A stretch of DNA of 64,000 bases from Chlorokybus atmophyticus (lineage: Eukaryota; Plantae; Mesostigma and Chlorokybus algae): the NCBI GenBank assembly GCA_009103225.1, contig RHPI01002568.1, positions 385,742-449,741 of the forward strand, in the 5' to 3' direction. The position numbers and the translations under genes are program-made. The notes under the pieces are model-generated. The model had not been told where the DNA came from and ran no database searches. It worked only from the letters and a program-made list of their open reading frames with translations. Positions 63,874 through 64,000 of this stretch are shown here, piece by piece; the stretch's first letter is position 1; each line of letters begins with the position of its first letter.

Positions 63874-64000
63874 ATGGCGGAGGATGCTTCAATGGCATTG
63901 CTGCTGCAGGAGCAGCGTGCGAATATTGACGCTTTTGAAGCTGCTAGACAGGGGCGCTGCGATAACCAAAAGGAGTATGTCAGGCGGCGTCGTGAGGAGG
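63874..64000 (+). CDS. Possible ORF start running off the window (MAEDASMALLLQEQRANIDAFEAARQG...), unidentified
   Basis: Open from ATG 63874 to the window edge with helical charged composition; no motif recognised. Confidence 0.25.
   Translation, partial: MAEDASMALLLQEQRANIDAFEAARQGRCDNQKEYVRRRREE

Noticed and set aside
1-64000. rRNA, tRNA or other structured ncRNA genes
   Set aside because: None recognised by eye; a covariance-model search was not possible.

Overview
Eukaryotic nuclear DNA from an intron-rich green alga. Homologs of land-plant-type genes (GH100 alkaline/neutral invertase, At5g66810-like CTLH protein, At3g48200-like membrane protein) suggest an early-diverging streptophyte alga; this is inference. 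I reconstructed spliced gene models by hand from GT/GC-AG sites and frame continuity. In order: 3' half of exportin-4 (+), full-size 20-exon ABCA transporter with degenerate ATPase motifs (-), two tandem small secreted Cys-rich peptide genes (+), LisH/CTLH-UBA-like protein (-), alkaline/neutral invertase (-), FAD monooxygenase (+), asparagine synthetase (-), an intronless 158-aa orphan ORF that may be giant-virus-like (+), a bacterial-type cyclase with 8 introns (+), a motor-less MyTH4-FERM protein (+), a large beta-helix/polyproline/Ig/multi-TM surface protein (-), and a 5'-truncated tyrosine-recombinase (DIRS-order, PAT/kangaroo-like) retroelement with split direct repeats. Structural signals not explained by the genes: two separate pairs of diverged inverted duplications each bracketing a ~12 kb block (18.3-18.7 kb with 30.4-30.9 kb, which includes the invertase C-terminal coding tail; 31.75-35.2 kb with 42.2-43.8 kb), four GC-AG introns, a symmetric 4-copy motif in a bidirectional promoter, and a perfect 34-bp palindrome. 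Family assignments come from motif recognition and recalled protein sequences, not from database searches.
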